Source: Nitrosopumilaceae archaeon
GTDB taxonomy: Archaea > Thermoproteota > Nitrososphaeria > Nitrososphaerales > Nitrosopumilaceae
Direction: 5' to 3'
DNA length: 64,000 nt
Assembly (NCBI GenBank): GCA_965214835.1
Contig: CBDCCK010000002.1
Span: forward strand, 352,001 to 416,000
The position numbers and the translations under genes are program-made. Shown here piece after piece: positions 51,542 to 61,959 of the stretch; within the stretch, counting starts at the first letter, position 1, and every line of letters begins with the position of its first letter. The notes beneath the pieces were generated by a model that saw only the letters and a program-made list of their open reading frames with translations, made no database searches and was not told where the DNA came from.

Positions 51542-54500
51542 CTATGCCTGCTTTTTCTTGCTTACCTGCATGTACAGGTCTACCGTGCCGCTGCCGATCG
51601 GGATGTTGCTTCCAACGATGACGTTTTCGGTGACGCCCTTGAGCTGCTCGATTTCGCCGCCTAGTGCGGCATGCGCGATGGTCGGAACCGTGATCTCAAA
51701 TGCGGCCCTTGCCAGGACGCTGTCCTTGGTGCCGGCAATGCCATGCCTGCCGATCTGCTGCATGTATCCGCGCGAGCACATCAGGTCAGATACGAGCATT
51801 ATATACCGCAGGTCTACCTCGAGGCCCTGGTCCTCCAGGGTGTTTCTCAGCTCGCTGATCAGCGCGTTGCGTGCGGCCTCGATTCCCAGGGTGCTTGCGA
51901 TCTCAAAGACGTTGTTGGTCCTTACCTGGGTCCTGTCGATTCCCGGAACCTCCAGAACCTTGGGCAGGTTGGAGCCGGTCGTCTGGATGACCCACTCGTC
52001 GTCCTTTTGCACGAGGGTCACGCGCTCGATGTCGGGAACCCCCTTTACGGTGGTGTTGAGAACCTTGTTCCTGATCGTAATTACGGCCGGGGCATCGGAC
52101 TCCTCTACTAGCTTGAGGATCATTGTGTTTTCCAGGATTTCTGACTTGAATTTCTTGTTGGATGCAAGCGCCGCCTCGACGTCCTCCACGGCGCAGCCCC
52201 GCTCTCGCAGCCTGTTCTCGCTGAGGTTCAGCTTGATCTCGGTCGCATAGTCGGTCTCCGTATCGGTAATCAGCGCGCTTACCTTGGTCTGCAGCACGTT
52301 TCGTGCTACCTCGATGGCCATCTCCCTGGATTTCCTCGAGTCAGGATCCAGGTAGATGTCCATGGTTGGTGTGACCGGCTTTTTTCTGGCATCGACTAGC
52401 TCGATCAGTCTGGGAAGGCCCAGCGTTACGTTTCTCTCCCTTATGCCTGCAAAGTGGAAGGTCCTCAGGGTCATCTGGGTGCCGGGCTCGCCAATTGACT
52501 GTGCGGTGATAATCCCGACTGCCTGTCCGGGCTCGACCTTGGCCTTGTTGTAAAGATCCAGTCCCTTCCTTCCCACCTTGTTTACCCCGGACTTGCTGAG
52601 ATCAGACTTTGTCAGTGCTCCAGTCACCATCTCCCGCAGCCGGGGATTGAAGGTCTTGGTGTATTTTTTTGCAACGGCGGCAATCTCGTCCTTGGATGCC
52701 TTGGCGCCAGAGTCGATGATTTTCTCGGACTCGATGAGCCTTTCGACGTTGAAGGCCTCGCCGTGATCGCTCTTTGCGACGTCAATGCCGTCCTCCCCGT
52801 ACAGGAACTGGACGATATGCCCGTGGGGATCCCTCACCGTTCCGTCATATTCAAGCTTGATGTGCTCAAGGGCGTTGATGAGCCTGCGCTGCATATAGCC
52901 GCTCTGCTGCGTTCTGACTGCGGTGTCGACTAGTCCCTCACGCCCCCCCATGGCGTGGAAGAAGAACTCCAGTGCGGTGAGGCCCTCCCTGTAGTTGGTC
53001 TTTACAAATCCGTGTGCGTCCGGATCATCGTCATGCTCCTTGTAATGGGGCAGCGCCCTGTTATTGTAGCCGGTAAGGAGCCTCTTGCCACGCCTTGACT
53101 GCTGTCCCAGCGCGCCTGCCATCTGGCCGATGTTGAGTGCAGAGCCCCTGGCGCCTGTCGTGGCCATGATCCTTGCAGAGTTTGCCTCATCCAGCGCCTG
53201 ATCTGCGGCATTGCCTGCAGAATCCCTTGCCTTTGAGAGCTCGTTTACAATGTATGCCTCTAGCGCCTCCTCGGCCGAAAGGCCCCGGGTTAGCTTTAGG
53301 GTTCCCTTCTTTGCCTGCGATACCAGATCGTTTATGACATCATAGTGCCTTTGAATGCCCTCGTGGATGTCCCGCTTGGTCTTGTCGGTAAGCTCCAGAT
53401 CGCCATAGCCGTAGCTGAATCCGTAGTGGGTGATGAACTGCTTTGCCACGATAAGCACGGAGTTTAGGAACTTTTTTGCCTTTGCGTTTCCATAGTCCTT
53501 TGCGATTCTGTGCAGAACGCTTTCTGGCTCCTCGGCGCCGATGGATGACTTGTCGATTACCCCCGTTATCAGCTCGCCGTTTTTGATTACCACGTCCTTT
53601 TGTCTTCCCGACGTGCCCTTTGACCATTTTGACGTGATGACATAGTTAAAGTCGTCGGGCAGGAACACGGAGAACAGCTGCTTTCCGGTGTACAGCGGCC
53701 CGGATGCGCCCTTGTCTGCAGGCTTTGGGAGCGCGCCCGTATACCCGCCAAGCATGGCTAGGTTTGTAAACTCCTGGACGGTCAGCCTGGTATCGTCCTT
53801 GGTAAGCAGGTAGGAGCCGGTGATAAAGTCACGGAGGCCGCCGATGATCGGGCCGCCGTACCTCGGGGAAATCAGCTGGTCCTGGACCCTCATGAGCAGG
53901 ATCGCCTCTGCGCGCGCCTCCTCGCTCTGGGGAACGTGCAGGTTCATCTCGTCGCCGTCAAAGTCCGCATTGTACGGCGGGCATACCGACGGGTGCAGCC
54001 TGAAGGTCTTGCCGGGAAGGACGCGCACATAGTGTGCCATGATTGACATCTGGTGGAGCGACGGCTGCCTGTTGAACATTACAATGTCGCCGTCTGCAAG
54101 GTGCCGCTCGACCAGGTAGCCGATCTCAAGGGTCTCTGCAACCGTTGATCTGTCCTCCACGAAATCCAGCCTGATCTTGACGCCGTCAGGCCTCATGATG
54201 TAGTTGACGCCGGGGAATTCGTTGGGGCCGTTGACTACGAGCCCCCTCATCCTCTCAATGTTCCATTCCGTTACAATTTCGGGAATCGTAAGCTTCATTG
54301 CAACGGTTTCAGGGACACCTACCTCGGAGAGGTCCAAGTTTGGATCGGGTGAGATTACGGTCCTGCTCGAAAAGTCGACCCTTTTTCCGGACAGCGATCC
54401 CCGGAACCTTCCCTCCTTGCCCTTTAGCCTCTGCGTCAGGGTCTTGAGCGGCCTGCCGGATCTGTGGTGGGCCTGCGGGATTCCGGATACCTCGTTGTCA

Positions 54501-55339
54501 AAGTATGTGGTGGTGTGATACTGCAGCAGGTCGACTAGATCCTGTACGATCAGCGGCGGGGTTCCCGCCTCCTTGCTTTCCTTGAGCCTCTGGTTGACAC
54601 GGATGATGTCGACCATCTTGTGCGTCAGGTCGTCCTCTGAGCGGATTCCGGTCTCCAGTATGATTGACGGCCTTACGGTGACCGGCGGGACCGGCAGCGC
54701 CTGCAGAACAAACCACTCGGGCCTTGCGGTGTTAAAGTCATAGGACAGAAGGGTCAGGTCCTCGTCAAGGATCTGCGAGAACCTCTCCCGGATCGTGATT
54801 GGAAGCAGCCTGTGCTCGCCGATTTCGGTTTTCTCGACAAAGATGGTCGGCTTTGTGAATATCAGCTCGTATTGTGCCTTTCCACAGTGGGGGCACTCTT
54901 TTGCCTTTTTCGCCTTTTCAAGAATCTGCTCGGGGATTCTTTTTTGCGAGATGATGGTATATGCTGCCTCGCGCTTTTTGATTTTTGCAAACTCGTCAAG
55001 ATCCTCCTGTGGAACCTTGAGCCGCGAGCAGGAACGGCACGTTGCCAGCAGAAGCTTGTAGATGTTGTCTATGAACGCTATGTGCAAGACGGGCTCTGCC
55101 AGCTCGATGTGGCCAAAGTGCCCCGGACACCTTGCCGCGGTGTTCCCGCAGGTCAGGCACTTTTGTCCCGGCTCCAGCGTGCCAAGCCTCCCGTCCATAA
55201 GGCCCCCCTGAACAGGCATCCCGTCCTCGTCATATGTCTCCGGCGCGGTGATTTCCACAACGGAGTACTTGCGGATTTCGCTCGGGGACCAGACGGAGAA
55301 CTTGATTCCGTCAATTGACTTGATGGCCTGGATGGACAT
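51542..55339 (-). CDS. rpoA: DNA-directed RNA polymerase subunit A (A'/A'' unsplit)
   Basis: NADFDGD catalytic motif and the A'' motif AQSIGEPGTQMTLRTFH in one ORF. Start MSIQAIK at 55339. Confidence 0.97.
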   Translation of the reverse strand: MSIQAIKSIDGIKFSVWSPSEIRKYSVVEITAPETYDEDGMPVQGGLMDGRLGTLEPGQKCLTCGNTAARCPGHFGHIELAEPVLHIAFIDNIYKLLLATCRSCSRLKVPQEDLDEFAKIKKREAAYTIISQKRIPEQILEKAKKAKECPHCGKAQYELIFTKPTIFVEKTEIGEHRLLPITIRERFSQILDEDLTLLSYDFNTARPEWFVLQALPVPPVTVRPSIILETGIRSEDDLTHKMVDIIRVNQRLKESKEAGTPPLIVQDLVDLLQYHTTTYFDNEVSGIPQAHHRSGRPLKTLTQRLKGKEGRFRGSLSGKRVDFSSRTVISPDPNLDLSEVGVPETVAMKLTIPEIVTEWNIERMRGLVVNGPNEFPGVNYIMRPDGVKIRLDFVEDRSTVAETLEIGYLVERHLADGDIVMFNRQPSLHQMSIMAHYVRVLPGKTFRLHPSVCPPYNADFDGDEMNLHVPQSEEARAEAILLMRVQDQLISPRYGGPIIGGLRDFITGSYLLTKDDTRLTVQEFTNLAMLGGYTGALPKPADKGASGPLYTGKQLFSVFLPDDFNYVITSKWSKGTSGRQKDVVIKNGELITGVIDKSSIGAEEPESVLHRIAKDYGNAKAKKFLNSVLIVAKQFITHYGFSYGYGDLELTDKTKRDIHEGIQRHYDVINDLVSQAKKGTLKLTRGLSAEEALEAYIVNELSKARDSAGNAADQALDEANSARIMATTGARGSALNIGQMAGALGQQSRRGKRLLTGYNNRALPHYKEHDDDPDAHGFVKTNYREGLTALEFFFHAMGGREGLVDTAVRTQQSGYMQRRLINALEHIKLEYDGTVRDPHGHIVQFLYGEDGIDVAKSDHGEAFNVERLIESEKIIDSGAKASKDEIAAVAKKYTKTFNPRLREMVTGALTKSDLSKSGVNKVGRKGLDLYNKAKVEPGQAVGIITAQSIGEPGTQMTLRTFHFAGIRERNVTLGLPRLIELVDARKKPVTPTMDIYLDPDSRKSREMAIEVARNVLQTKVSALITDTETDYATEIKLNLSENRLRERGCAVEDVEAALASNKKFKSEILENTMILKLVEESDAPAVITIRNKVLNTTVKGVPDIERVTLVQKDDEWVIQTTGSNLPKVLEVPGIDRTQVRTNNVFEIASTLGIEAARNALISELRNTLEDQGLEVDLRYIMLVSDLMCSRGYMQQIGRHGIAGTKDSVLARAAFEITVPTIAHAALGGEIEQLKGVTENVIVGSNIPIGSGTVDLYMQVSKKKQA

Positions 55340-58300
55340 TACACCTTCTCCTTTATCTTCAGCCTGGGTGCGACGTTGAGGCTCTGCATCTCCTGCAGCA
55401 GCAGCTTGAAGGCGTATGCGACGGATACGGACGAGACCTTTGCCTTGTCGCCGCACACCCTGCAGACATACCGCCTCTGCTTGACGTCATGATAGGCCAC
55501 AAGGCCGCATCTCTCACAGACATAGACGTCGGACTTGTCAGACTCGTCTAGGAGCCTGTCCTTGAGAATCATGGATGCGCCGTAGGCAATCAGGCAGTCG
55601 CGCTCCATCTCGCCGAACCTCAGGCCGCCGCCGCGGGCCCTGCCCTCTGTGGGCTGCTTGGTGAGCATCTGGACCTGCCCGCGGGCCCTTGCGTGGATTT
55701 TATCTGCCACCATGTGGTGCAGTTTTTGATAGTATACGACCCCTATGAACACCTCGACGGGGAATGGTTTTCCGGTTCTGCCGTCATACATTGTTTCCTT
55801 GCCCGAGTACTCAAAGCCGTGCGCGTCCATAACCTCTCTGACCTCGTCCATTTTTTCGCCCACAAACGCCGAGCCGTCAAACTTTTTACCGCGTAGCGCC
55901 GCAGCCTTTCCACATACTGACTCCATGAACATTCCGACGGTCATTCTAGACGGGAATGCGTGGGGGTTGATCAAGACGTCCGGCGAGATTCCATCGGCGG
56001 TGTACGGCAGATCCTCGTTATTTGCCAGGATTCCAAGAACCCCCTTCTGTCCGTGTCTTGATGCGAATTTGTCGCCGATTTCCGGAATCCTCATGTCCCT
56101 GACTCTGATCTTGTACATTTTCCCGCCCTCGTTGGACTGGGTCATGACAACCGTATCAACGACGCCGGTCTCAGACGGCCTCACGCCAATGGAGGTGTCT
56201 CGCCTGTAGGGTCCGGATGACTCGAACTCGCGATACTCCTCCATGAAGCGCGGAGGACTGGTCTTTCCAATCAGGATGTCGCCGCCTAGTACGGAGGACT
56301 CTGTGGCAACTACTCCGTCCTCCTCAAGCAGGCGATACGCCTTTTCTCCCTTGTATCCCCTGATGTTGTCATCTGCGTTGGGAATCTCAAAGTTGTCCCT
56401 CATCCCGCCGGGATACTGCTTGGCCTCTGCATCGTAGATCCTGTAGAAGAACGTCCTGCCAAGGCCTCGGTCAACGGATGCCTTGCTGAGGACAATTGCA
56501 TCCTCGATATTGTAGCCGTCAAACGGCAACACTGCAACCACGCAGTTTTGTCCGGCCGGCCTGTCCTCAAGGCCGAGCAGGTTCATTGCCTTTGTATTTA
56601 CAATCGGCGTCTGCGGATACAGCATAAAGTGCTGTCTGACATAGGTGCTAGTATTCATCATCGGGGTTGAAAACCCGAGGCTTTGCTTTGCCATGGCAGA
56701 CTCGTACGTGTTTCTCGGAGACTGGTTGTGTTCCGGGTATGGAATGATCGAGGCGCCGGCCCCCAGGATGGCAGACGGGAAGATTTCCAGGTGCGTGTGT
56801 TTTTTGGAATCCCTTTTATCCATAAACCTGGGGCCATCGGCTAGCGTGCGCTCAGCTGCGCCAGAGTGCGCGTGTTTTTTGGAATCCTGTTCAAGCAGGA
56901 CATAGTAGTTTTCCTCCTCGTTTGCATCTATGAGCTCAATGATTCCCATTCTGATCAGATCATTCCAGGACAGCAGTTTTTTGGAGATCTTGTCTAATAG
57001 CTCCGCGGTAAGCAGCGACTTGCCGTCCTTGATTATAACCAATGGACGCAGTACCCTGCCTGCGTTACAGTTTATGTAGATTCTTCGGGTTGCACCCTCC
57101 TCGTCAGACTTGTGGAACGATATGCCCACGTGTGGGTGAATCTTTGAGTTCCGGCGAAGCTGGCGCAGCGAGTCGGTCAGCTGCTCGCCGTCCTTGTAGT
57201 ATCCAACCAGCCGTCCGTCTACAAATACACGGGCGCCATCTGCCTTTACGTCCTCCTTTGCGTCCAGAAAGTGCACGGTTCCCAAGTCGTACAGCTTTTC
57301 AACGATCTCCTCGGACGGGACGTTTACCGAGATGATTGCAGACAGTGCCAAGTTCTTTACCAGGCCACAGTTTGATCCTTCGGGGGTTTCACTCGGGCAA
57401 ATCCTCCCAAAGTGCGTCGCATGCAGATCCCTAGCCTCAAAGTTTGGCTGGGTCCTGCTAAGAGGGGATTGGATTCTTCTGAGATGGCTGATCGTTGAGA
57501 GGTAGTTGGTCCTGTCCAAGAGCTGCGTTACACCGACCCGCCCACGCCCCCAGTTTCCCGTGGCAATGGCGTTGTTTAGCTTGTCAGTTATAATGCCGGG
57601 CCTGATCGCCGCGGCAACCGCGTTGATGCCACGCTTTTGGCCGGAGCGCTCCAGCTGATACTTCATGTCACGGACCAGGTTCCTAAATGCGGTTCTAAAC
57701 AGATCTGCCAGCATCTGGCCTGCAAACTTGATTACCTTGTTTCCGTAGTGATCCTTGTCATCAGGAGCAATCCAGCCAAGCTTGAGCTCCAATAGCTTGC
57801 ATGCAGCCTCGCCCAGGAACTGCGCCTTTTCTTTGCGGTTTTCTGGGTGCTTTCCCAGGTGAGGTAAAAGGCCCCAGTCAAGGAGGGTCTCTGCCCGCTT
57901 GATCTGGAACTCCTCTAGCATGCCGGGCGCAATCCTCTTGCTTATGTATACAATGGCGTCCTTGGATGTTGGAACGTCTCCTGCCTTTTCAAACGAGCCC
58001 TCAAGCTCGTCTTGGATTTCATCTACAAGGGACACGGAGCCTGCAATCTCCCTGTCGGATTCCAGGCCAAGGGATCTCATCAGGGTGACAACCGGAATGT
58101 CCACGGGAGAGCCGGGTATTCTTGCAACGATGAGCCCGTCGTTTTTCATGACAAGCTCCAGCTTTGCACGATAGCCGACTATGGAGGAATAGACCTTGGC
58201 TTTGAAGATCGCGTTGCCGCCAACGGTCTCCTTGTCTACAATTATTTTGTTATACGACAGATCCTCCAACCCGACAATGACTCGCTCTGAGCCGTTGATG

Positions 58301-58758
58301 ATAAAGTATCCTCCCGGATCATTGGGATCCTCTCCGTGCTCGACTAGCTTTTGCGTGGAAAAGTTATGCAGTATGCAGGCGCTGGACTTTGCCATTACGG
58401 GAACGTCGCCAATGTGCACGAATCTAGACTCTAGGATTTTGCCGTCCTCCACTACGCTTGCCTCCATCATGACAGGTGCAGCATAGGAGACGTTTCGAAG
58501 CCTTGCCTCCGCAGGGGTGATGTGCGTGATTGATCCGTCAAGCTCCATCATCCTGGGCTGCTGTAGCTTTACTTTGCCAAGCTGGATTTTGTAAGGGTAT
58601 TCGGCATTTTCAATTTCGATTTGCTGGACTTCGTCAATAATGCTCTGGAGGCCGCGCTCTAGAAACTCGTCAAATGAGTTCAGGTGCTGTCTTGCAATGC
58701 CCTCCCTTTTGAGAATATCCTGAATTATCGGCCACCGCTTGATTGAGGGATCCGTCAT
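55339..58758 (-). CDS. rpoB: DNA-directed RNA polymerase subunit B
   Basis: GGYFIINGSE, ETPEG, GDKFASRHGQKG, GLRFGEMERD. Confidence 0.98.
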   Translation of the reverse strand: MTDPSIKRWPIIQDILKREGIARQHLNSFDEFLERGLQSIIDEVQQIEIENAEYPYKIQLGKVKLQQPRMMELDGSITHITPAEARLRNVSYAAPVMMEASVVEDGKILESRFVHIGDVPVMAKSSACILHNFSTQKLVEHGEDPNDPGGYFIINGSERVIVGLEDLSYNKIIVDKETVGGNAIFKAKVYSSIVGYRAKLELVMKNDGLIVARIPGSPVDIPVVTLMRSLGLESDREIAGSVSLVDEIQDELEGSFEKAGDVPTSKDAIVYISKRIAPGMLEEFQIKRAETLLDWGLLPHLGKHPENRKEKAQFLGEAACKLLELKLGWIAPDDKDHYGNKVIKFAGQMLADLFRTAFRNLVRDMKYQLERSGQKRGINAVAAAIRPGIITDKLNNAIATGNWGRGRVGVTQLLDRTNYLSTISHLRRIQSPLSRTQPNFEARDLHATHFGRICPSETPEGSNCGLVKNLALSAIISVNVPSEEIVEKLYDLGTVHFLDAKEDVKADGARVFVDGRLVGYYKDGEQLTDSLRQLRRNSKIHPHVGISFHKSDEEGATRRIYINCNAGRVLRPLVIIKDGKSLLTAELLDKISKKLLSWNDLIRMGIIELIDANEEENYYVLLEQDSKKHAHSGAAERTLADGPRFMDKRDSKKHTHLEIFPSAILGAGASIIPYPEHNQSPRNTYESAMAKQSLGFSTPMMNTSTYVRQHFMLYPQTPIVNTKAMNLLGLEDRPAGQNCVVAVLPFDGYNIEDAIVLSKASVDRGLGRTFFYRIYDAEAKQYPGGMRDNFEIPNADDNIRGYKGEKAYRLLEEDGVVATESSVLGGDILIGKTSPPRFMEEYREFESSGPYRRDTSIGVRPSETGVVDTVVMTQSNEGGKMYKIRVRDMRIPEIGDKFASRHGQKGVLGILANNEDLPYTADGISPDVLINPHAFPSRMTVGMFMESVCGKAAALRGKKFDGSAFVGEKMDEVREVMDAHGFEYSGKETMYDGRTGKPFPVEVFIGVVYYQKLHHMVADKIHARARGQVQMLTKQPTEGRARGGGLRFGEMERDCLIAYGASMILKDRLLDESDKSDVYVCERCGLVAYHDVKQRRYVCRVCGDKAKVSSVSVAYAFKLLLQEMQSLNVAPRLKIKEKV

Positions 58759-59010
58759 CTATACCTCCACCACATACCTATAGTAAATCGCCTCGCCGGC
58801 AGTTGCGCTCTTTCGCGTAATCTTTATCATGTCCCCGGGCTTGACTCCCAGTCCTAAAATGGCAGGATCGCTGGCAAAGATTAGCGGCAGCTCGGTCGGC
58901 TGGCAGTTGAATTTTTTGAGGACATCTTCGGCGTCGTCTTTTGTCATGATTTCGTGCTTTGGAACATAAACGTGATCCGGAACCAGGATTGGGTTCTTTT
59001 TAGTTGCCAT
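58759..59010 (-). CDS. rpoH: RNA polymerase subunit H (Rpo5)
   Basis: HVYVPKHEI, LPLIFASDP, GDMIKITRKS..YYRYV. Confidence 0.96.
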   Translation of the reverse strand: MATKKNPILVPDHVYVPKHEIMTKDDAEDVLKKFNCQPTELPLIFASDPAILGLGVKPGDMIKITRKSATAGEAIYYRYVVEV

Positions 59011-59180
59011 AGAATCTGTCTCCCAAAATAACATTAGCTGTAGAGAAAAATAATCCTGACAAACTGTCAACGAATCACCGAGAGGTTAATATATATCTAA
59101 TCTGAGAAATCTTACTTTTCTGCTATTAGTCAACTAATATTTTCCTAACCTTAAATAGTATTATCTCAGGCGTAAAGTCG

Positions 59181-60029
59181 ATGAAAACGCAGCTAGGGGT
59201 GTTATTTGTAACTGCAATGCTAATTGCAGGCAGCTCAATAACGCCATCGTTTGCACAGGTAGAACCAATCATGGTCTCAACAGACAAGGACTCTTATTCT
59301 GACGGAGACACCATTGTTGTTTCTGGTGAAGTGAGAAATCTGCTGTCAGAAACGGCGATTGCTCTTACTGTCAGAGCGCCAAACGGTAACATCGTCGCAA
59401 TTGCGCAACTCGATGTCGGAGCCGATAGAAAATTCAGTACAGAAGTAGTTGCCGGAGGATCTATATGGTCGACTGGTGGAACATATACAGTCAAAGTACA
59501 ATATGATCCTGCAGGATCAGCAGAGTCTTCCTTTGAATTCGGAGGATCTACGGGCCCAGGAACGATGAATGGTGGAGGTGGCGGATCAGAGCCAACATTT
59601 GAAGTCGACGCAGGCGAGGCAGGAAGCTTTCTAGTCGGATACTCAATCACGGGTGGAAGTCTAGACAATATTTCTGTCGACGGGGATTCAGCCACGCTAG
59701 TAGTGGAAATTAGTGCGACCGACGATGGAGAGCTAACATTAACCCTGCCAAGAGAATTGATTGACGCAAGAATGAACGGTTGCGAAGGTTCAGATGATGA
59801 ATTCTTTGCACTGGTAGATTCAGAAGAGGTAACCTTTGAAGAGACAAAGACCCCAGAATACAGAACAGTAACTGTGGGATTCGTTGCAGGCTCTGAAGAA
59901 ATCGAAATCATCGGCACTTGTGCAGTTCCAGAATTTGGTACTATAGCGGCATTGATTCTGGCAGTGGCAATTATCTCGATAATTGCAGTGTCTGCAAGAT
60001 CCAGACTCAGTATAATGCCAAAGTACTAG
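59181..60029 (+). CDS. PEFG-CTERM sorting domain surface protein
   Basis: Signal peptide, C-terminal VPEFG + TM helix + basic tail. Confidence 0.92.
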   Translation: MKTQLGVLFVTAMLIAGSSITPSFAQVEPIMVSTDKDSYSDGDTIVVSGEVRNLLSETAIALTVRAPNGNIVAIAQLDVGADRKFSTEVVAGGSIWSTGGTYTVKVQYDPAGSAESSFEFGGSTGPGTMNGGGGGSEPTFEVDAGEAGSFLVGYSITGGSLDNISVDGDSATLVVEISATDDGELTLTLPRELIDARMNGCEGSDDEFFALVDSEEVTFEETKTPEYRTVTVGFVAGSEEIEIIGTCAVPEFGTIAALILAVAIISIIAVSARSRLSIMPKY

Positions 60030-60079
60030 AATTTTTTTCTTTTTTCTTCTTTTTAGAATTAACGTATAGTGAAAACCAT

Positions 60080-60420
60080 AGGCTTTATGCGTAATCGGTG
60101 CAGGTCAGGGAAGTCAGGCGGTTTCTGTCATTTTTGGCAAAAGTCTCATAAATTCCCCAACAGCGGGAAGCATCTCCTTGCGCAGCTCATTCCCATATGT
60201 GTTGAAGAACCTGCAGCCAAGTGAAGTGTAAATGGGATTGTTGTTTTTGTCTTATTATTGAGGCGTCGTGTCTCTTGCCCAGCTTCTGTTTTTGCTCGAT
60301 TTTTTGGTACATTTCACTTTGACCTTGGTTTCACACCATATTTTACGCCCGCACGCATTGAGGAATCTTTAATCATCAGTGTTGTTCTGTTTTGGAACAT
60401 GACTCCGACAGGGATCAGCG
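60080..60420. pseudogene. Degenerate IS remnant (IS5-type TIR followed by decayed Zn-ribbon transposase-like sequence)
   Basis: aggctttatgcgtaatcggtgcagg end shared with 50070. Weak CGxK..KC-like coding trace on the minus strand. Confidence 0.4.
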
Positions 60421-61062
60421 GCAGGATTGGGTACGATTACACATGGGAGTGACGAGCAAAAACCCTTCAACGCATGTGTGTATGAACCACGCAGGGAAGT
60501 AATCCCCTGCAGCTGAAGAACTTACAATCAGCACTATTGACAATCATAAATTCTTGAAGACCGGCCACTGCCGGCAGGAGCATCCGATCATGAAATACAG
60601 GAGATTTTGCCCTGCAGTGTGGCTGGGCCGGCTAGGCAGGCCGTTCCATGCATGCAGCCATCATGTTTAGCCCCTCTGCCATACTTGATGGCCAATAGGA
60701 TTTTGTGGCTTGTCGATCTCACAGGGATGGCAGGGTACGGGGTCACGCCCCCTTGCCGGCCAGGCACGAAAGTCATAATCACACATGCCAACTTGTGTCT
60801 GATTGGCGGGGGCAGGTAGCCTTGTACATGACAGGCATTGCCAAAACACCCCCGCGGCCAAGCAAATGAGTCCCGATATTTGGTTGGCAGACTTGCAGGA
60901 GGGCTCCCGGAGAATCCGAATCTCGGACGATGACGGGCAATGCAAGCTGAAGTCCAAGATTTGTCAAAATAGTTGAAAATTAAAAAGATTGATCCATTTG
61001 GAAGCAAAATGATCATGCCCTTAAAAACGCTTTAATAATGACGATTATGTCTACAATGATAG

Positions 61063-61899
61063 ATGGTTTTGCAAAAAAAGACATCAATATCACTGGCGCT
61101 CATAGTAGTATCAGTAATCGTAATGGGCTCCATCGGCAGCTCGTTTGCACAGGATTCCGGAATGTCCATTACGGCAACTGCGCAAGACGGCTCTGATACC
61201 ATAACGGTGACAGGCAAGACAGTATACACAAACGACGTATCAATAACAGTAAAGGATCCAATCAGAAATGTGATTGCCATAGAACAAGAGACTCCAGATG
61301 AGAGTGGAAACTTTGCTGTAGACTTTAAGATAGACGGCATAGCATGGAGCCAGGACGGCTTTTATACAATCACCGCACAGCAGGGAGACGCCTCCTTGTA
61401 CAAGCTGTCTGTCAAGGTCCAGGTAGCAGGCGGCACAACCTTTGAGACCATGGAGACCCAGTCGACATTTGAGAACACAATGATAATACAAGAAAGCGGC
61501 ATGATGCAGGGATTGACAATGAGGGCAGATGCAATGGAGGGTTCCGATACAATTACCATAATTGGACATACGGACAAGACAGAGTTCCCTGTCTCAATTC
61601 AGGTGGTTGCTCCAAATGGGAATATCGTTGCAGTTGATCAGGCCTCACCAGATGCGGACGGCGACTTTTCAATTGACATTATAACCGGGGGAGAGGTCTG
61701 GAGCCAGGATGGTTTCTATACAATCACGGCTCAGCAGGGCGAAAGTTCCAAGTACGAAGCTTCGGTTCAAGTTGAGATACTAGACGGTTTGGTAATTCCA
61801 GAATTCGGTACTATAGCGGCATTGGTTCTGGCAGTGGCGATTATCTCGATAATTGCAGTGTCTGCAAGATCCAGACTTAGCATAATGCCGAAATACTAG
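61063..61899 (+). CDS. PEFG-CTERM surface protein with two tandem Ig-like domains
   Basis: Repeated GSDTIT..WSQDGFYTITAQQG, C-terminal IPEFG-TM. Confidence 0.92.
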   Translation: MVLQKKTSISLALIVVSVIVMGSIGSSFAQDSGMSITATAQDGSDTITVTGKTVYTNDVSITVKDPIRNVIAIEQETPDESGNFAVDFKIDGIAWSQDGFYTITAQQGDASLYKLSVKVQVAGGTTFETMETQSTFENTMIIQESGMMQGLTMRADAMEGSDTITIIGHTDKTEFPVSIQVVAPNGNIVAVDQASPDADGDFSIDIITGGEVWSQDGFYTITAQQGESSKYEASVQVEILDGLVIPEFGTIAALVLAVAIISIIAVSARSRLSIMPKY

Positions 61900-61959
61900 A
61901 ATTTTTTTCCTTTTTTTCAACATATACATAAATAGAGACATTGGTTACCCGGATTCAAG

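Noticed and set aside
51542-55339. Fused RpoA'/A'' as a novelty
   Set aside because: This is a known feature of Thaumarchaeota, so it was used only as a taxonomic clue
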